Source: a bacterium (lineage in GTDB: Bacteria; Zhuqueibacterota; Zhuqueibacteria; Residuimicrobiales; Krinioviventaceae). Taken from it: DNA of 64,000 bases. Where the stretch lies: assembly GCA_963675755.2 (NCBI GenBank), contig CAXXMD010000002.1:192001-256000 (forward strand), in the 5' to 3' direction. The notes under the pieces are model-generated. The model was not told the DNA's origin, ran no database searches, and worked only from the letters and a program-made list of their open reading frames with translations. The position numbers and the translations under genes were made by a program. Positions 29,243 to 39,420 of the stretch are shown piece after piece. The stretch's first letter is position 1; the number at the start of each line of letters is the position of its first letter.

Positions 29243-31669
29243 ATGAATTTCAAATTTCCAGTTATTCTGGTGATTTTATTATCCATTCAATTTTGTTTTG
29301 CTTCTGAACGAATCGTCACAGAACTGAATACGGCAAGGTTCATAAAAGGTGAATCTGCATCTGCCTTTAAATCTGATTTTGATGATTCTGACTGGCGGGT
29401 TGTCAAGCTTCCTCATGATTGGGGGATTGAAGGACCGGTAATTCCTGATGGAGATGGAAATACTGCCAAATTGCCCTGGAAAGGAGAGGCATGGTATCGT
29501 ATTCCTTTGCAAATTCCTCAGAACTATGAAGGTAGACAAATATACCTTTTGTGTGACGGTATTATGGCGTTTCCCCAAATATATGTAAATGGTGAACTGG
29601 CTGGCAAGTGGGATTACGGATACAGTTCGTTTTATGTTGATATAACAAAGTTTTTGCAATATGATAAATCAAACAGCCTGGCAATACATGTGGATACCCG
29701 GAATCACGACAGCCGGTGGTATCCGGGAGCGGGCATCTATCGAAAAATTCAAATGATTGCTGTTGATCCTGTACATGTTGACATTTGGGGTGTTCATATT
29801 TCAACCCCAATCATCAAGCCTCACTATGCAGATGTTCGAATTGCTGCGACTATTAAAAATGATACAAATTCTGAAAAGCATATAGCTGTAAAACATACAA
29901 TTTATGATGCAAATCAAATCAAGATTGCGTCAATTGATACCGTTAAACGTATTAATGCAAATTCCAATATCTTGTCTGAAGTAACAATGACTATTACCGA
30001 TCCTGTTCGTTGGGATGTTGATAATCCTCATCTTTATAAAGTGATTACGGAAATAAGTGATGATGAGCATACTTTAGATACGGTATCCAATACTTTTGGT
30101 GTTCGTTCAATGCGTTTTACTGCCGACAATGGGTTCTATTTGAATGATAAACGCGTTCAGTTCAAGGGAGTGAATTTACATCATGGTCATGGTCCCTTGG
30201 GAACCGTGTTTAACAAACAGGCCATGCAGAGACAGTTGGAGATCATGAAAAATATGGGATGCAATGCCATAAGAACGAGCCATAATATTCCCGCTCCCGA
30301 ATTGTTGGATCTGTGTGATGAAATGGGCCTGCTTGTCTTTGACGAGATCTTTGACAAGTATGATGGCAAAGCAGATATTATGGATACGACGAATTTTGAT
30401 CATTTTGCGCATCGTAATATCCGTAATTTTGTTGTCAGGGACCGTAACCATCCGTCTATTTTTATCTGGAGTGTGGGGAACGAGATAGGTGATGTGCAAA
30501 CCAACTATGATAATGGCTTTTTAAAATTGCAGACCATGATCAGTTATGTGAAAAAATATGACAATTCCCGTCCTACAACCCTGGTTTGTGATCAATTGGA
30601 TAATGCCAAAACGCGTCATTTTGATTACTATGATATTCACAGTTGGAATTATGGCAGGCGTTGGAGGCTTGCCCGTCAGCTTGAACCTAATAAAGCTGTG
30701 ATTATTAGCGAATCTGCATCTACCGTGAGCACACGTGGATTTTACGAGTTCCCCTTGCCTAAAGATAGAACCGCGTTTACCAATTCGCTGCAAATCAGCT
30801 CTTATGATCTTTACGCGCCACGTTGGGCAGAGGTAGCAGATGATGATTTTATGTGGCAGCAGGATGAACCCTATATTGCCGGTGAATTTGTATGGACTGG
30901 ATTCGATTATCTGGGTGAGCCTACACCGTATAGGAACGTATGGGTTAAACAGCAGGGAATGACCGATGAGGATGCTTCACGGAGTTCATATTTTGGTATT
31001 GTGGATTTGTGCGGAATTCCCAAAGATCGTTATTACTTGTACAAGAGTTACTGGAAACCGGATGAAACCACTATACATATTCTTCCACATTGGAACTGGC
31101 CAGACCGGATTGGTAAAACGGTCCCTGTTTTTGTGTATACCAATGGTGATTGTGCTGAACTTTTCTTGAACGGAAAGTCTTTGGGTAAACAGTACAAGAA
31201 ACCCAAATCAGAAAATTCTATTGAACGGTTTCGACTCATGTGGAACGATGTGATTTATCAACCTGGTGAAATAAAAGCAGTGGCCTATAAAGCGGGCCAA
31301 CCGATTGGCGAAAACACTGTTGTAACAACAGGAGAACCCTATCGTTTGCGTTTAACTCCTGATCGAAAGGTTATTCATGCGAATGGACAAGATTTGTCAT
31401 ATGTTTTGATAGAAGCTTTGGATAAAGAGGGCAATTGTCACCCCCTGGCAAATAATCTGATCAAGATTGAGATCAGTGGTAATGGCAAAAATGTAGGTGT
31501 TGGCAATGGCGATCCACAATGTATGAGTGAATTCAAGAGTGATACCATTGAACTGTTTTACGGTAAAGCTATGCTCATTGTGCAATCAGAAAAAGATGCA
31601 GGAAATATTACAGTTAAAGCATCTGCTGAAGGATTAAAAGACGCTGATGTTCGTATTAAAACCGAATAG
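29243..31669 (+). CDS. Glycoside hydrolase family 2 (beta-galactosidase-like, DUF4982-type C-terminus)
   Basis: LPHDW, SRWYPGAGIYR, KGVNLHH, AIRTSHN, RDRNHPSIFIWSVGNE and WTGFDYLGEP motifs. Confidence 0.95.
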   Translation: MNFKFPVILVILLSIQFCFASERIVTELNTARFIKGESASAFKSDFDDSDWRVVKLPHDWGIEGPVIPDGDGNTAKLPWKGEAWYRIPLQIPQNYEGRQIYLLCDGIMAFPQIYVNGELAGKWDYGYSSFYVDITKFLQYDKSNSLAIHVDTRNHDSRWYPGAGIYRKIQMIAVDPVHVDIWGVHISTPIIKPHYADVRIAATIKNDTNSEKHIAVKHTIYDANQIKIASIDTVKRINANSNILSEVTMTITDPVRWDVDNPHLYKVITEISDDEHTLDTVSNTFGVRSMRFTADNGFYLNDKRVQFKGVNLHHGHGPLGTVFNKQAMQRQLEIMKNMGCNAIRTSHNIPAPELLDLCDEMGLLVFDEIFDKYDGKADIMDTTNFDHFAHRNIRNFVVRDRNHPSIFIWSVGNEIGDVQTNYDNGFLKLQTMISYVKKYDNSRPTTLVCDQLDNAKTRHFDYYDIHSWNYGRRWRLARQLEPNKAVIISESASTVSTRGFYEFPLPKDRTAFTNSLQISSYDLYAPRWAEVADDDFMWQQDEPYIAGEFVWTGFDYLGEPTPYRNVWVKQQGMTDEDASRSSYFGIVDLCGIPKDRYYLYKSYWKPDETTIHILPHWNWPDRIGKTVPVFVYTNGDCAELFLNGKSLGKQYKKPKSENSIERFRLMWNDVIYQPGEIKAVAYKAGQPIGENTVVTTGEPYRLRLTPDRKVIHANGQDLSYVLIEALDKEGNCHPLANNLIKIEISGNGKNVGVGNGDPQCMSEFKSDTIELFYGKAMLIVQSEKDAGNITVKASAEGLKDADVRIKTE

Positions 31670-31791
31670 ATGTTAAATTTGAAATGGTGTTTTTAATTAT
31701 TCCTAGAGTCAATTCGTTTGAAATTTTTATGAATTTTTGGAAATATTTTGTATTTTTAAACAGTCAATAAAATATTGAATCGAGGAAGTAA

Positions 31792-32493
31792 ATGAGTAAA
31801 TATTTGGATTTAAAACGACGGGTTTATGAATGTAATATGGAACTACCGCGTCATGGTGTTGTTATCTATACTTTTGGGAATGTAAGTGCAATTGATCGTG
31901 ATGCAGGTGTTATGGCAATCAAACCCAGTGGCGTCAGTTACGATAAAATGCAGCCCGCGGATATGGTTATTGTGGATCTGGATGGAAAAATAGTAGAAGG
32001 TGATTTGCGTCCTTCTTCAGATACAAAAACCCATCTGGTTTTGTATAACAGTTTCCCCGAGATTGGCGGTATTTCACATACACATTCTACTTTTGCGGTA
32101 GCGTGGGCGCAGGCAGCCAAAGGGATTCCAATATTGGGTACTACCCATGCAGACCATCTGCACCTTGAAGTCCCGTGTACAGATTTTATGACTCCTGAAA
32201 TGATCAAAGGGGATTATGAAATTGAAACCGGTAACCAGATCTTTAAACGGTTTGCCCATCTTAATTATCGGGAAGTAGAAATGGTACTTGTCGCAGGCCA
32301 CGGTCCCTTTACCTGGGGCAAAACCCCGGAAAAAGCGGTTTATAATAGTGTTGTACTCGAAGAAATGGCAAAAATGGCCTTGTTAACCTATCAAATAAAT
32401 CCATCAACACCGTTACTGAGTGACGCACTGATCGATAAACATTATACACGTAAACATGGTCCCAATGCCTATTACGGTCAGAAAGAAAAATAA
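31792..32493 (+). CDS. araD: L-ribulose-5-phosphate 4-epimerase
   Basis: GNVS, IKPSGV, PSSDT.TH, HTHS, GTTHAD, HGPFTWG and KHGPNAYYGQ motifs. Confidence 0.95.
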   Translation: MSKYLDLKRRVYECNMELPRHGVVIYTFGNVSAIDRDAGVMAIKPSGVSYDKMQPADMVIVDLDGKIVEGDLRPSSDTKTHLVLYNSFPEIGGISHTHSTFAVAWAQAAKGIPILGTTHADHLHLEVPCTDFMTPEMIKGDYEIETGNQIFKRFAHLNYREVEMVLVAGHGPFTWGKTPEKAVYNSVVLEEMAKMALLTYQINPSTPLLSDALIDKHYTRKHGPNAYYGQKEK

Positions 32494-32517
32494 TTTTAAT
32501 ATACAGGAGTAGTAACA

Positions 32518-34017
32518 ATGGACCTCAAACAATTTGATATATGGTTTGTTACAGGCAGCCAGGCCTTGTACGGCCCCGAAACGCTGAAACAAGTGGCAGA
32601 GCATTCCCAGGAAATCACTGCTTATTTTAATAAAGCTTTAGAAATTCCGGTCAATATTATATTCAAACCGGTAATGAAATCTACTGACGAGATTACCAAT
32701 CTATGTATCGATGCAAATGCAGACCGCAAATGTATCGGTGTGATTACCTGGTGTCATACCTTTTCTCCATCCAAAATGTGGATCAATGGCTTAAAGATTT
32801 TAAATAAACCCATACTGCATTTGCATACCCAGTACAATCGTGATTTGCCCTGGAACGAGATTGATATGGATTTTATGAACCTCAATCAATCAGCCCATGG
32901 TGACAGAGAGCATGGATTTATCATGACCCGCTTGCGTATAGAACGCAAAGTTGTTGTGGGACACTGGCATGAAAAAGAAGTCAGTGAAAAGATTGGGATC
33001 TGGTCACGTGCTGCTGCGGCCTGGCATGAAATGCAAAATCTCAAAGTCGCCCGTTTTGGTGATAATATGCGTGAAGTTGCGGTAACCGAAGGCGACAAGG
33101 TAGAGGCGCAAATCAAACTTGGCGTATCAGTGAACAGCTATGGTGTTGGTGATATCGTCAAGGTGATTAACGATTTTACAGATGCTGAAATTGACAAACT
33201 GGTACAGGAATATGAAGATACTTATGTTATTGCTGCTGAAGGTCGAAAGGGCGGCGCGTATCATAACAATGTTCGCTATCAGGCCCGTATTGAATTGGGA
33301 TTAAAGGCATTCCTTTCAGAAGGTGGATTTGGTGCATATACGGATACCTTTGAAGATCTGCATGGTTTGGAACAATTGCCGGGATTGGCTACCCAGCGGT
33401 TAATGGATGCCGGTTATGGCTTTGGTGCAGAAGGCGACTGGAAACACTCTGCGCTTGTACGTGCTTTAAAAGTAATGGGCACCGGATTAAAGGGTGGAAG
33501 TTCTTTTATGGAAGATTACACCTATCATCTGGATCCTTCCGGTTCCAAAGTTTTGGGTGCGCATATGCTTGAAGTTTGTCCTTCTATTGCAGTAGGCAAG
33601 CCATCTTTGGAAGTACATCCATTGGGCATTGGCGGTAAAGATGCACCGGCAAGACTGGTTTTTGGAACTCCTGCGGGTCCTGCTGTCAATGTGACCCTTG
33701 TGGATATGGGGAACAGGTTCAGGATTATTACCAATCCAGTGGATTGTGTAGAACCAACACCCCTGCCCAAGTTACCGGTCGCGCGTTGTCTCTGGACACC
33801 CCAGCCTGATTTAAAAACCAGTGCGGCATCGTGGATTTATGCGGGTGGTGCGCATCATACTGCTTTCAGCCAGGCAGTAACAGCAGAGTATATTGAAGAT
33901 TTTGCTGAAATGGCAGGTATTGAATATGTATTGATCGACAAGAATACGACTGTATCCGAGTTGAAAAAAGAACTGCGCTGGAACGAGATTTATTATCATC
34001 TGGCAAAAGGATTATAA
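32518..34017 (+). CDS. araA: L-arabinose isomerase
   Basis: [53 protein letters not shown] and GGAHH motifs. Confidence 0.97.
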   Translation: MDLKQFDIWFVTGSQALYGPETLKQVAEHSQEITAYFNKALEIPVNIIFKPVMKSTDEITNLCIDANADRKCIGVITWCHTFSPSKMWINGLKILNKPILHLHTQYNRDLPWNEIDMDFMNLNQSAHGDREHGFIMTRLRIERKVVVGHWHEKEVSEKIGIWSRAAAAWHEMQNLKVARFGDNMREVAVTEGDKVEAQIKLGVSVNSYGVGDIVKVINDFTDAEIDKLVQEYEDTYVIAAEGRKGGAYHNNVRYQARIELGLKAFLSEGGFGAYTDTFEDLHGLEQLPGLATQRLMDAGYGFGAEGDWKHSALVRALKVMGTGLKGGSSFMEDYTYHLDPSGSKVLGAHMLEVCPSIAVGKPSLEVHPLGIGGKDAPARLVFGTPAGPAVNVTLVDMGNRFRIITNPVDCVEPTPLPKLPVARCLWTPQPDLKTSAASWIYAGGAHHTAFSQAVTAEYIEDFAEMAGIEYVLIDKNTTVSELKKELRWNEIYYHLAKGL

Positions 34018-34023
34018 AAAAAT

Positions 34024-34052
34024 CAAGGGCCTGGTTATTCATCAGGCCCTTG
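34024..34052. terminator. Hairpin between convergent araA and GNAT genes
   Basis: CAAGGGCCTG / CAGGCCCTTG perfect 10-bp stem overlapping the GNAT stop codon; A-tract on the left gives a U-tract on the minus strand. Confidence 0.65.
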
Positions 34053-34917
34053 CTGTAATGGGGTGCTTAAACGGGGATGCAATATTGAATGATTCAGCTT
34101 TTATCATCAATTTGTCACTATTTTGCGGTGGTTCTGTTTTGCATTGAACATCGAGCCTGTCTGGTGTGAAATGGAATTCAACTTTATTAATTTGGGGCCC
34201 TGATATATAGTTTTTGATTTGTTCAAATTTGATGGAATGGGCTGATATAATATCAAACAAATGTACAGCATTCTCTTTCTTTTCAAAAACCAGAATTATA
34301 TCCTCTGCCGGACAATAATAGAAATTATTGTTTAGCATATTATAGGTATACCAGGAAATAATATGCTCAGCATTTCTTACACCAAATGTAGAAGAAAGGG
34401 GAGTCCTTTTTCTGATCAGTCGTTTGGCGAGTTCTCGGTCGTCTGTTTTGCTAAAATCCAGTTTCCGGATTTGTGAATTATGCGACTCGACCGTATTGAT
34501 GTCAGCAATAAATGAGGACTGTTGTATTTCTTTGAATCCAAAACGTTGATAGAATGATGCCAACTCGGGTTCACAAAACAGATAGAATAAATCGGTTACA
34601 GCTGTATAGTCATGAATAATCCGGTTTATTAAAGCACTCACCAGGCCTTTTCCACGATAATCCGGATGGGTCATAACAGTACCGATTTGTACAGCATTAA
34701 CCGGGGAGTCGTGAATGATCAGGTCCATCAGGTTTAACGAAGCATTGGATATTATTTTATTATCCCAATACGCGTAACAGATATACCTGTCATTCCAGTG
34801 TCCGCCCTGGAACCAGTTTTCAAAATCAATATCAAAAGTTTCAACTACCAGGCGATTAAAATCAAGGCGTTGATTGTCATTTGACTGGTAATTTTTTATA
34901 AATTCTGGTGATTGCAT
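34042..34917 (-). CDS. GNAT family N-acetyltransferase
   Basis: QIGTVMTHPDYRGKGL acetyl-CoA binding motif; FYQRFGF. Confidence 0.9.
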   Translation of the reverse strand: MQSPEFIKNYQSNDNQRLDFNRLVVETFDIDFENWFQGGHWNDRYICYAYWDNKIISNASLNLMDLIIHDSPVNAVQIGTVMTHPDYRGKGLVSALINRIIHDYTAVTDLFYLFCEPELASFYQRFGFKEIQQSSFIADINTVESHNSQIRKLDFSKTDDRELAKRLIRKRTPLSSTFGVRNAEHIISWYTYNMLNNNFYYCPAEDIILVFEKKENAVHLFDIISAHSIKFEQIKNYISGPQINKVEFHFTPDRLDVQCKTEPPQNSDKLMIKAESFNIASPFKHPITARA

Positions 34918-34922
34918 TCGAA

Positions 34923-35627
34923 TTATTTAAATTGATAAATAATTTGCAAGCTCGTTTGATAGGCTTTATTTCTGCCAAAAATATCAAGATAATCATATTC
35001 AAAATGATATGCGTAACCGATATCCGGGGCATATTCGAATTGTAAACCTAATGACAGATTGTTGGCAATGGGGTATTGCAGGCTTGCTCCTGCTAGTGCT
35101 CCAAAGACGACAGATTGTATATCTTCTTTATATATATATACATAAAAATAATCTCCATTATATTGTTTGTCATCTGAGGTATATGTATCCGGAGTATATT
35201 TATATTTTTGAAAATAATCAAGTCTTGCGCCTGCCATAACATTGATTTTCAGTTTCTTTATTTCAAGTACTGTAACTTTTAAATAAACGGGAAAAGATAT
35301 ATAATCAAGACGGATTTCATCCTGTGCGGTTTTTAATATTTCAGGACCCGATTCACCCGTAACAATAAATTCATCCTTGTATCCTTTTTGAGTGTAATTT
35401 GCACCAAAACCAATCGCTAACCGGGGATGAATATGAGAAATTTCAACAAATAATCCGGCTGTTGAACCATTCTTCCAAATCATATCCCCTTTATAGTTTG
35501 CCAATTCATGATTTTGGTATTGATTGGAATATACCCAACCCAATGAGCCTCCAACATTTGCCGATGAAAAGCACTGTGAGACTGAAAAAACAATCAATAG
35601 CGATACAAAAATACTATTTTTTTTCAT
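34923..35627 (-). CDS. Outer-membrane beta-barrel (porin/PorT-like) protein
   Basis: MKKN signal peptide, YTQKG and LDYISFPV motifs, C-terminal IYQFK. Confidence 0.75.
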   Translation of the reverse strand: MKKNSIFVSLLIVFSVSQCFSSANVGGSLGWVYSNQYQNHELANYKGDMIWKNGSTAGLFVEISHIHPRLAIGFGANYTQKGYKDEFIVTGESGPEILKTAQDEIRLDYISFPVYLKVTVLEIKKLKINVMAGARLDYFQKYKYTPDTYTSDDKQYNGDYFYVYIYKEDIQSVVFGALAGASLQYPIANNLSLGLQFEYAPDIGYAYHFEYDYLDIFGRNKAYQTSLQIIYQFK

Positions 35628-35707
35628 CCCGATTCCTGTTTTGAAATAATGATTTGAATTTATTGAAATCAAGATAGTAAAATTTAGGATAACCTGCCAG
35701 AAGAAAT

Positions 35708-35740
35708 ATCAAGACCGCCAAACGAGTCAGCGGTCTTGAT
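35708..35740 (-). terminator. Terminator after ABC permease operon
   Basis: ATCAAGACCGC / GCGGTCTTGAT perfect 11-bp stem followed by ATTTCTT on the minus strand. Confidence 0.65.
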
Positions 35741-35757
35741 GGGGGAGTTGTGTGTGT

Positions 35758-37224
35758 CTATCTTACATCATAACGATTAAAAGCAATAAAAGCTCCGCTT
35801 ATACATAATGATGTGTATAATAACAGAACCATGATCTGTTTTAATGAGGGGAATAGTAGTGTAGACAATCTCGTTTTTCCAGGATTATATTCCGGTACAC
35901 CGCTAATGTCCAGGCTGGTATTTCGTCCCATTTCCAGTTTGAATCCTGCTTCAGAAGCTATAGTTACTCGTAATCCTGTTATACCGGTTTCTGATTTTTC
36001 TTTATTATCCAGATACTGATTTAATATGTTTTTATAGTCCTGCATGTTTTGTTCTGTACGTGATTTTAAATGAATATCCGTTTCTGCAACGTTGAGCATT
36101 AAAAGTTCAAATGCTGCGGCTGGCGATAGTTGGGCCAATGTAAAGGCAAGTTGTTCCTGTTCTCTTTTCTGGTTATAATATAGATTGTATTGAGCTGTTG
36201 AATACTCGTTGATATCTTTTTGATAATTTTTGCGTAAAGCATCTTCCTGTTCAATCCATTCCCACATGTGGTCATCCTGATAGATTTCTCGTTCAGAACG
36301 GTCCATATTTGTCATTTCAACATTCCGGATATTCCACATTTGTTCAAGCTCTTTGGTAAAGCTATCCCAGCGTTGTTTTGAATGGCCTTCTATTTGAGCG
36401 TCAATTTCAGCAACAGATGGCACCGGTTTTATTCTACCCGCAGCCATTACACCTATTCTGGGGATGATCAATACCAATGTGATCCAGATTATTAACAAGA
36501 GTAAGAAAGATGTTGAGGATTTTTGAGTTACTGATGATATAAACAAACCCATTGCAATAAAGAATACAAAATAAATCATTGTACTTGAGATCATGATGAT
36601 CATTCGAATCCACATATTGGAATCGAGCTGAATGTTAAATGCCATGATCAGTAATAAACTGATTAGAATTGATAAAATTACTGGTAATAACAATCCACTG
36701 CAGATTCCGGTAAATTTAGCTGTAATATATTGTTTTCTGGGAACAGCGTTTGCAAAAGTAAGCCGTAATGTGCCATTCTCTTTTTCACCGCTGATTGCGT
36801 CAAAAGAAAAGAGAATCGCAAAAAGAGATAACACAATAAGCACAAATCCTTTATAATCCAAATGTCTGAATACAGCAAAAATCGGATCATCGGAATAGGT
36901 ACTATGTTCGAGTTTAATGGGACTGGTACGATCTATGGAACTGTACCGGCCAATATCATTGGTGATTCCAGTTGTGAAAATTTTTAACGGATCGGGTTTA
37001 CGGTAAAGTGTCCGTTTGAAATGAGACCATGAACTCAGGCTGTTCATTTCTTCCAATGATAATTGTTCACCGGCATTGTACGATTGAATTGCGGACTGGT
37101 AATCCAGTATTCCTAGATAGATTGCCAGCATTAACAACAAGAGCGTTATTAAAAAAGTGAAAATGAATTTAGGTCCTGTTAGAATTGCTTTAAATTCCTT
37201 AATAAATATTGTTTTAAACATCAT
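35758..37224 (-). CDS. ABC transporter permease (ABC-2/NosY-like) with large extracytoplasmic helical domain
   Basis: FDAISGEKENGTLRL motif; TM bundle; ends YDVR. Confidence 0.85.
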   Translation of the reverse strand: MMFKTIFIKEFKAILTGPKFIFTFLITLLLLMLAIYLGILDYQSAIQSYNAGEQLSLEEMNSLSSWSHFKRTLYRKPDPLKIFTTGITNDIGRYSSIDRTSPIKLEHSTYSDDPIFAVFRHLDYKGFVLIVLSLFAILFSFDAISGEKENGTLRLTFANAVPRKQYITAKFTGICSGLLLPVILSILISLLLIMAFNIQLDSNMWIRMIIMISSTMIYFVFFIAMGLFISSVTQKSSTSFLLLLIIWITLVLIIPRIGVMAAGRIKPVPSVAEIDAQIEGHSKQRWDSFTKELEQMWNIRNVEMTNMDRSEREIYQDDHMWEWIEQEDALRKNYQKDINEYSTAQYNLYYNQKREQEQLAFTLAQLSPAAAFELLMLNVAETDIHLKSRTEQNMQDYKNILNQYLDNKEKSETGITGLRVTIASEAGFKLEMGRNTSLDISGVPEYNPGKTRLSTLLFPSLKQIMVLLLYTSLCISGAFIAFNRYDVR

Positions 37225-37236
37225 GTCCTCGGAAGT

Positions 37237-38652
37237 TTATCTGACGTCATATTTCAAAAATCCAATCAAGGCACCGGTAAAACAGAGTGCGTTGAGTACC
37301 AATAGAATTGACAGGTTAACAACAAATGGTTTTATATTTTGGTTAATGGAAACCGGTTGATAGACAAAGGCGGGCAATTCATTAATATCAATGGGTGGGG
37401 GCTGATTTTCTCCATCATCATTTATTTTCATCATTACGGTTCCCTGATCAAGTAATATACCTGTTTTCTCTTTCATAAACTGTTGATATACTGTTTGATA
37501 CCCCTGAACATTTTTGATAAAATTATTGTCCAGATCTAACGAAGTGCCTGAAATGGTTGAAACTGCTAAACCGAATAATGCTGCGGGAGAAATTCTGGCA
37601 ATACCCAACGCAATCCTTTTTTGTATTCCTTTTTTATTTTGCCTGTCTTCATTTAACCTGCCTGAAAAATCCATCAGCCTTTCATTTCTACTATCTCCAA
37701 GGTCTTGCATAAATTCTTGAAATTCCTGAATCATTTTTTCGGGATCTTGCGTGTTGATGGGATTAAATTGTGCCATTTTATTGCGATCTTCCTGTAACAA
37801 TTGGGACCTCAATCTGCTCTTTTGATAATCAAGGTAATCAACAGAGGGCACATTTACTGCTTTACCGGCAATAAGTACAGAAGCATTCGGTATGACAAAC
37901 ACAAACAATAACCACAATATAAGCATGGACAAAAAAGAAAGAGAAGGCTTGGGTAATACTATGGAGGCTAGAAAGGACAACAATTGAAAAAAATTAAAAT
38001 ATACAAGCCCGGCCAGTATTACCAGAAAGAGTTGTATCCATTCAGTTAATGAGAGTTCAATACCCATGAAAATCAGTATCAGGCAACCCAGCAACAAGGG
38101 AAGCATTAGTGGTAATGCAATGGCAAAAAAGGAACCGGTAATTTTACCAATAATATATTTGTCTTTGGGCACAGGGTTAGAAAAAGTCAATCTTAATGTC
38201 CCTTGTTGTTTTTCTCCATTTACCGCATCATAGGAGAACAATATGGCAAATATGGATAAAATGATTTGAAAGATAAATGTGAGATCCAGAAACCTGAAAA
38301 CAGCAAATAAAGGATCATTGCTGTACCGGCTATTTGCTGATGTCAATTCACCCCGGCTGAAAATTTCGGCTGACCGTCCAATGTCGTTTGATACTCCTGT
38401 AATAATGGATTCAAGGGGAGAGGGCGGTAAAAAAGCATGATGCCCCGTTACTTGTAACCAGTCAGTTAAACCGCTAAACTGTCGCAGGTTTTCAGCCTTT
38501 GCAGCATTATATTTATCCAGATTCATCTGATAGTTGGCTGCACCAATATAAAACGAAATAAGGATTAATACGGAGCAAACGGTAAATGTCCAAACAAATT
38601 TGCGTGTTTGTAAATGCTCCAACAGTTCTTTATAAATAATTGTTTTGATCAT
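37237..38652 (-). CDS. ABC transporter permease, paralog of the adjacent gene
   Basis: YDAVNGEKQQGTLRL; shares YS.DP.FAVFR.LD with the neighbour; ends YDVR. Confidence 0.85.
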   Translation of the reverse strand: MIKTIIYKELLEHLQTRKFVWTFTVCSVLILISFYIGAANYQMNLDKYNAAKAENLRQFSGLTDWLQVTGHHAFLPPSPLESIITGVSNDIGRSAEIFSRGELTSANSRYSNDPLFAVFRFLDLTFIFQIILSIFAILFSYDAVNGEKQQGTLRLTFSNPVPKDKYIIGKITGSFFAIALPLMLPLLLGCLILIFMGIELSLTEWIQLFLVILAGLVYFNFFQLLSFLASIVLPKPSLSFLSMLILWLLFVFVIPNASVLIAGKAVNVPSVDYLDYQKSRLRSQLLQEDRNKMAQFNPINTQDPEKMIQEFQEFMQDLGDSRNERLMDFSGRLNEDRQNKKGIQKRIALGIARISPAALFGLAVSTISGTSLDLDNNFIKNVQGYQTVYQQFMKEKTGILLDQGTVMMKINDDGENQPPPIDINELPAFVYQPVSINQNIKPFVVNLSILLVLNALCFTGALIGFLKYDVR

Positions 38653-39417
38653 CTAGTTCTCCTGCACCTGATTGTTCTCCTTGAGAATATATTGTAAATA
38701 GAGTTGTTCAAGATCCTGCTGTTGCAATTCTTTTTTAGATTGCTCTGTTACAATTTTTCCCTTGCTCATAATTCCAACCATGTCTGCCATCTGTTTTGCT
38801 CTGAAAATATCATGAGTGGATATCAGGATCGCTTTACCTTCATCCTTCAATTCCAGTAACAAGTCGGTGAAATCATGGCCGGCTTTGGGGTCCAGCCCGG
38901 ATGTGGGTTCATCCAATACAATTGCAGGTGCGTTTTTCAGAATAGCTATTGCAATACCGCATTTTTGACGCATACCTTTGGAATAGTCACCCAGTTTACG
39001 ATTGTGGCTGCTTTTTTCCAAGCCGACTCTTTCCAGGGCTTCGTGATAATCTGATTTGGTATAGTAATCATGTCCACCGAGTTTTGAAAAATATTCCAGA
39101 TTTTGTATTGCACTGAAATTTGGATACAACATTACATTTTCAGAAACATATGCCAGTTTTTCTCTGGCACGTAGGGGATTTACATGTGTTTCAATTCCAT
39201 CTACCAGTGCTCTTCCATTTGTTGGTTCAATAAAGTTTAAAAAGATGTTTATTGTTGTAGATTTCCCGGCTCCGTTTGCTCCCAGCATGGCATAAATTTG
39301 TCCGGTATATATTTTGAATGAAACCTGATCAAGTGCAAGTACATCAGGTTCGTAAGCTTTTGTTAATGCGTCTGCTTCCAATAGAGGAGTATTAATATTT
39401 TCCATAGTTAACCTCAT
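38653..39417 (-). CDS. ABC transporter ATP-binding protein
   Basis: Walker A GANGAGKST, signature YSKGMRQ, Walker B IVLDEP, H-loop STH. Confidence 0.95.
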   Translation of the reverse strand: MRLTMENINTPLLEADALTKAYEPDVLALDQVSFKIYTGQIYAMLGANGAGKSTTINIFLNFIEPTNGRALVDGIETHVNPLRAREKLAYVSENVMLYPNFSAIQNLEYFSKLGGHDYYTKSDYHEALERVGLEKSSHNRKLGDYSKGMRQKCGIAIAILKNAPAIVLDEPTSGLDPKAGHDFTDLLLELKDEGKAILISTHDIFRAKQMADMVGIMSKGKIVTEQSKKELQQQDLEQLYLQYILKENNQVQEN

Positions 39418-39420
39418 TAT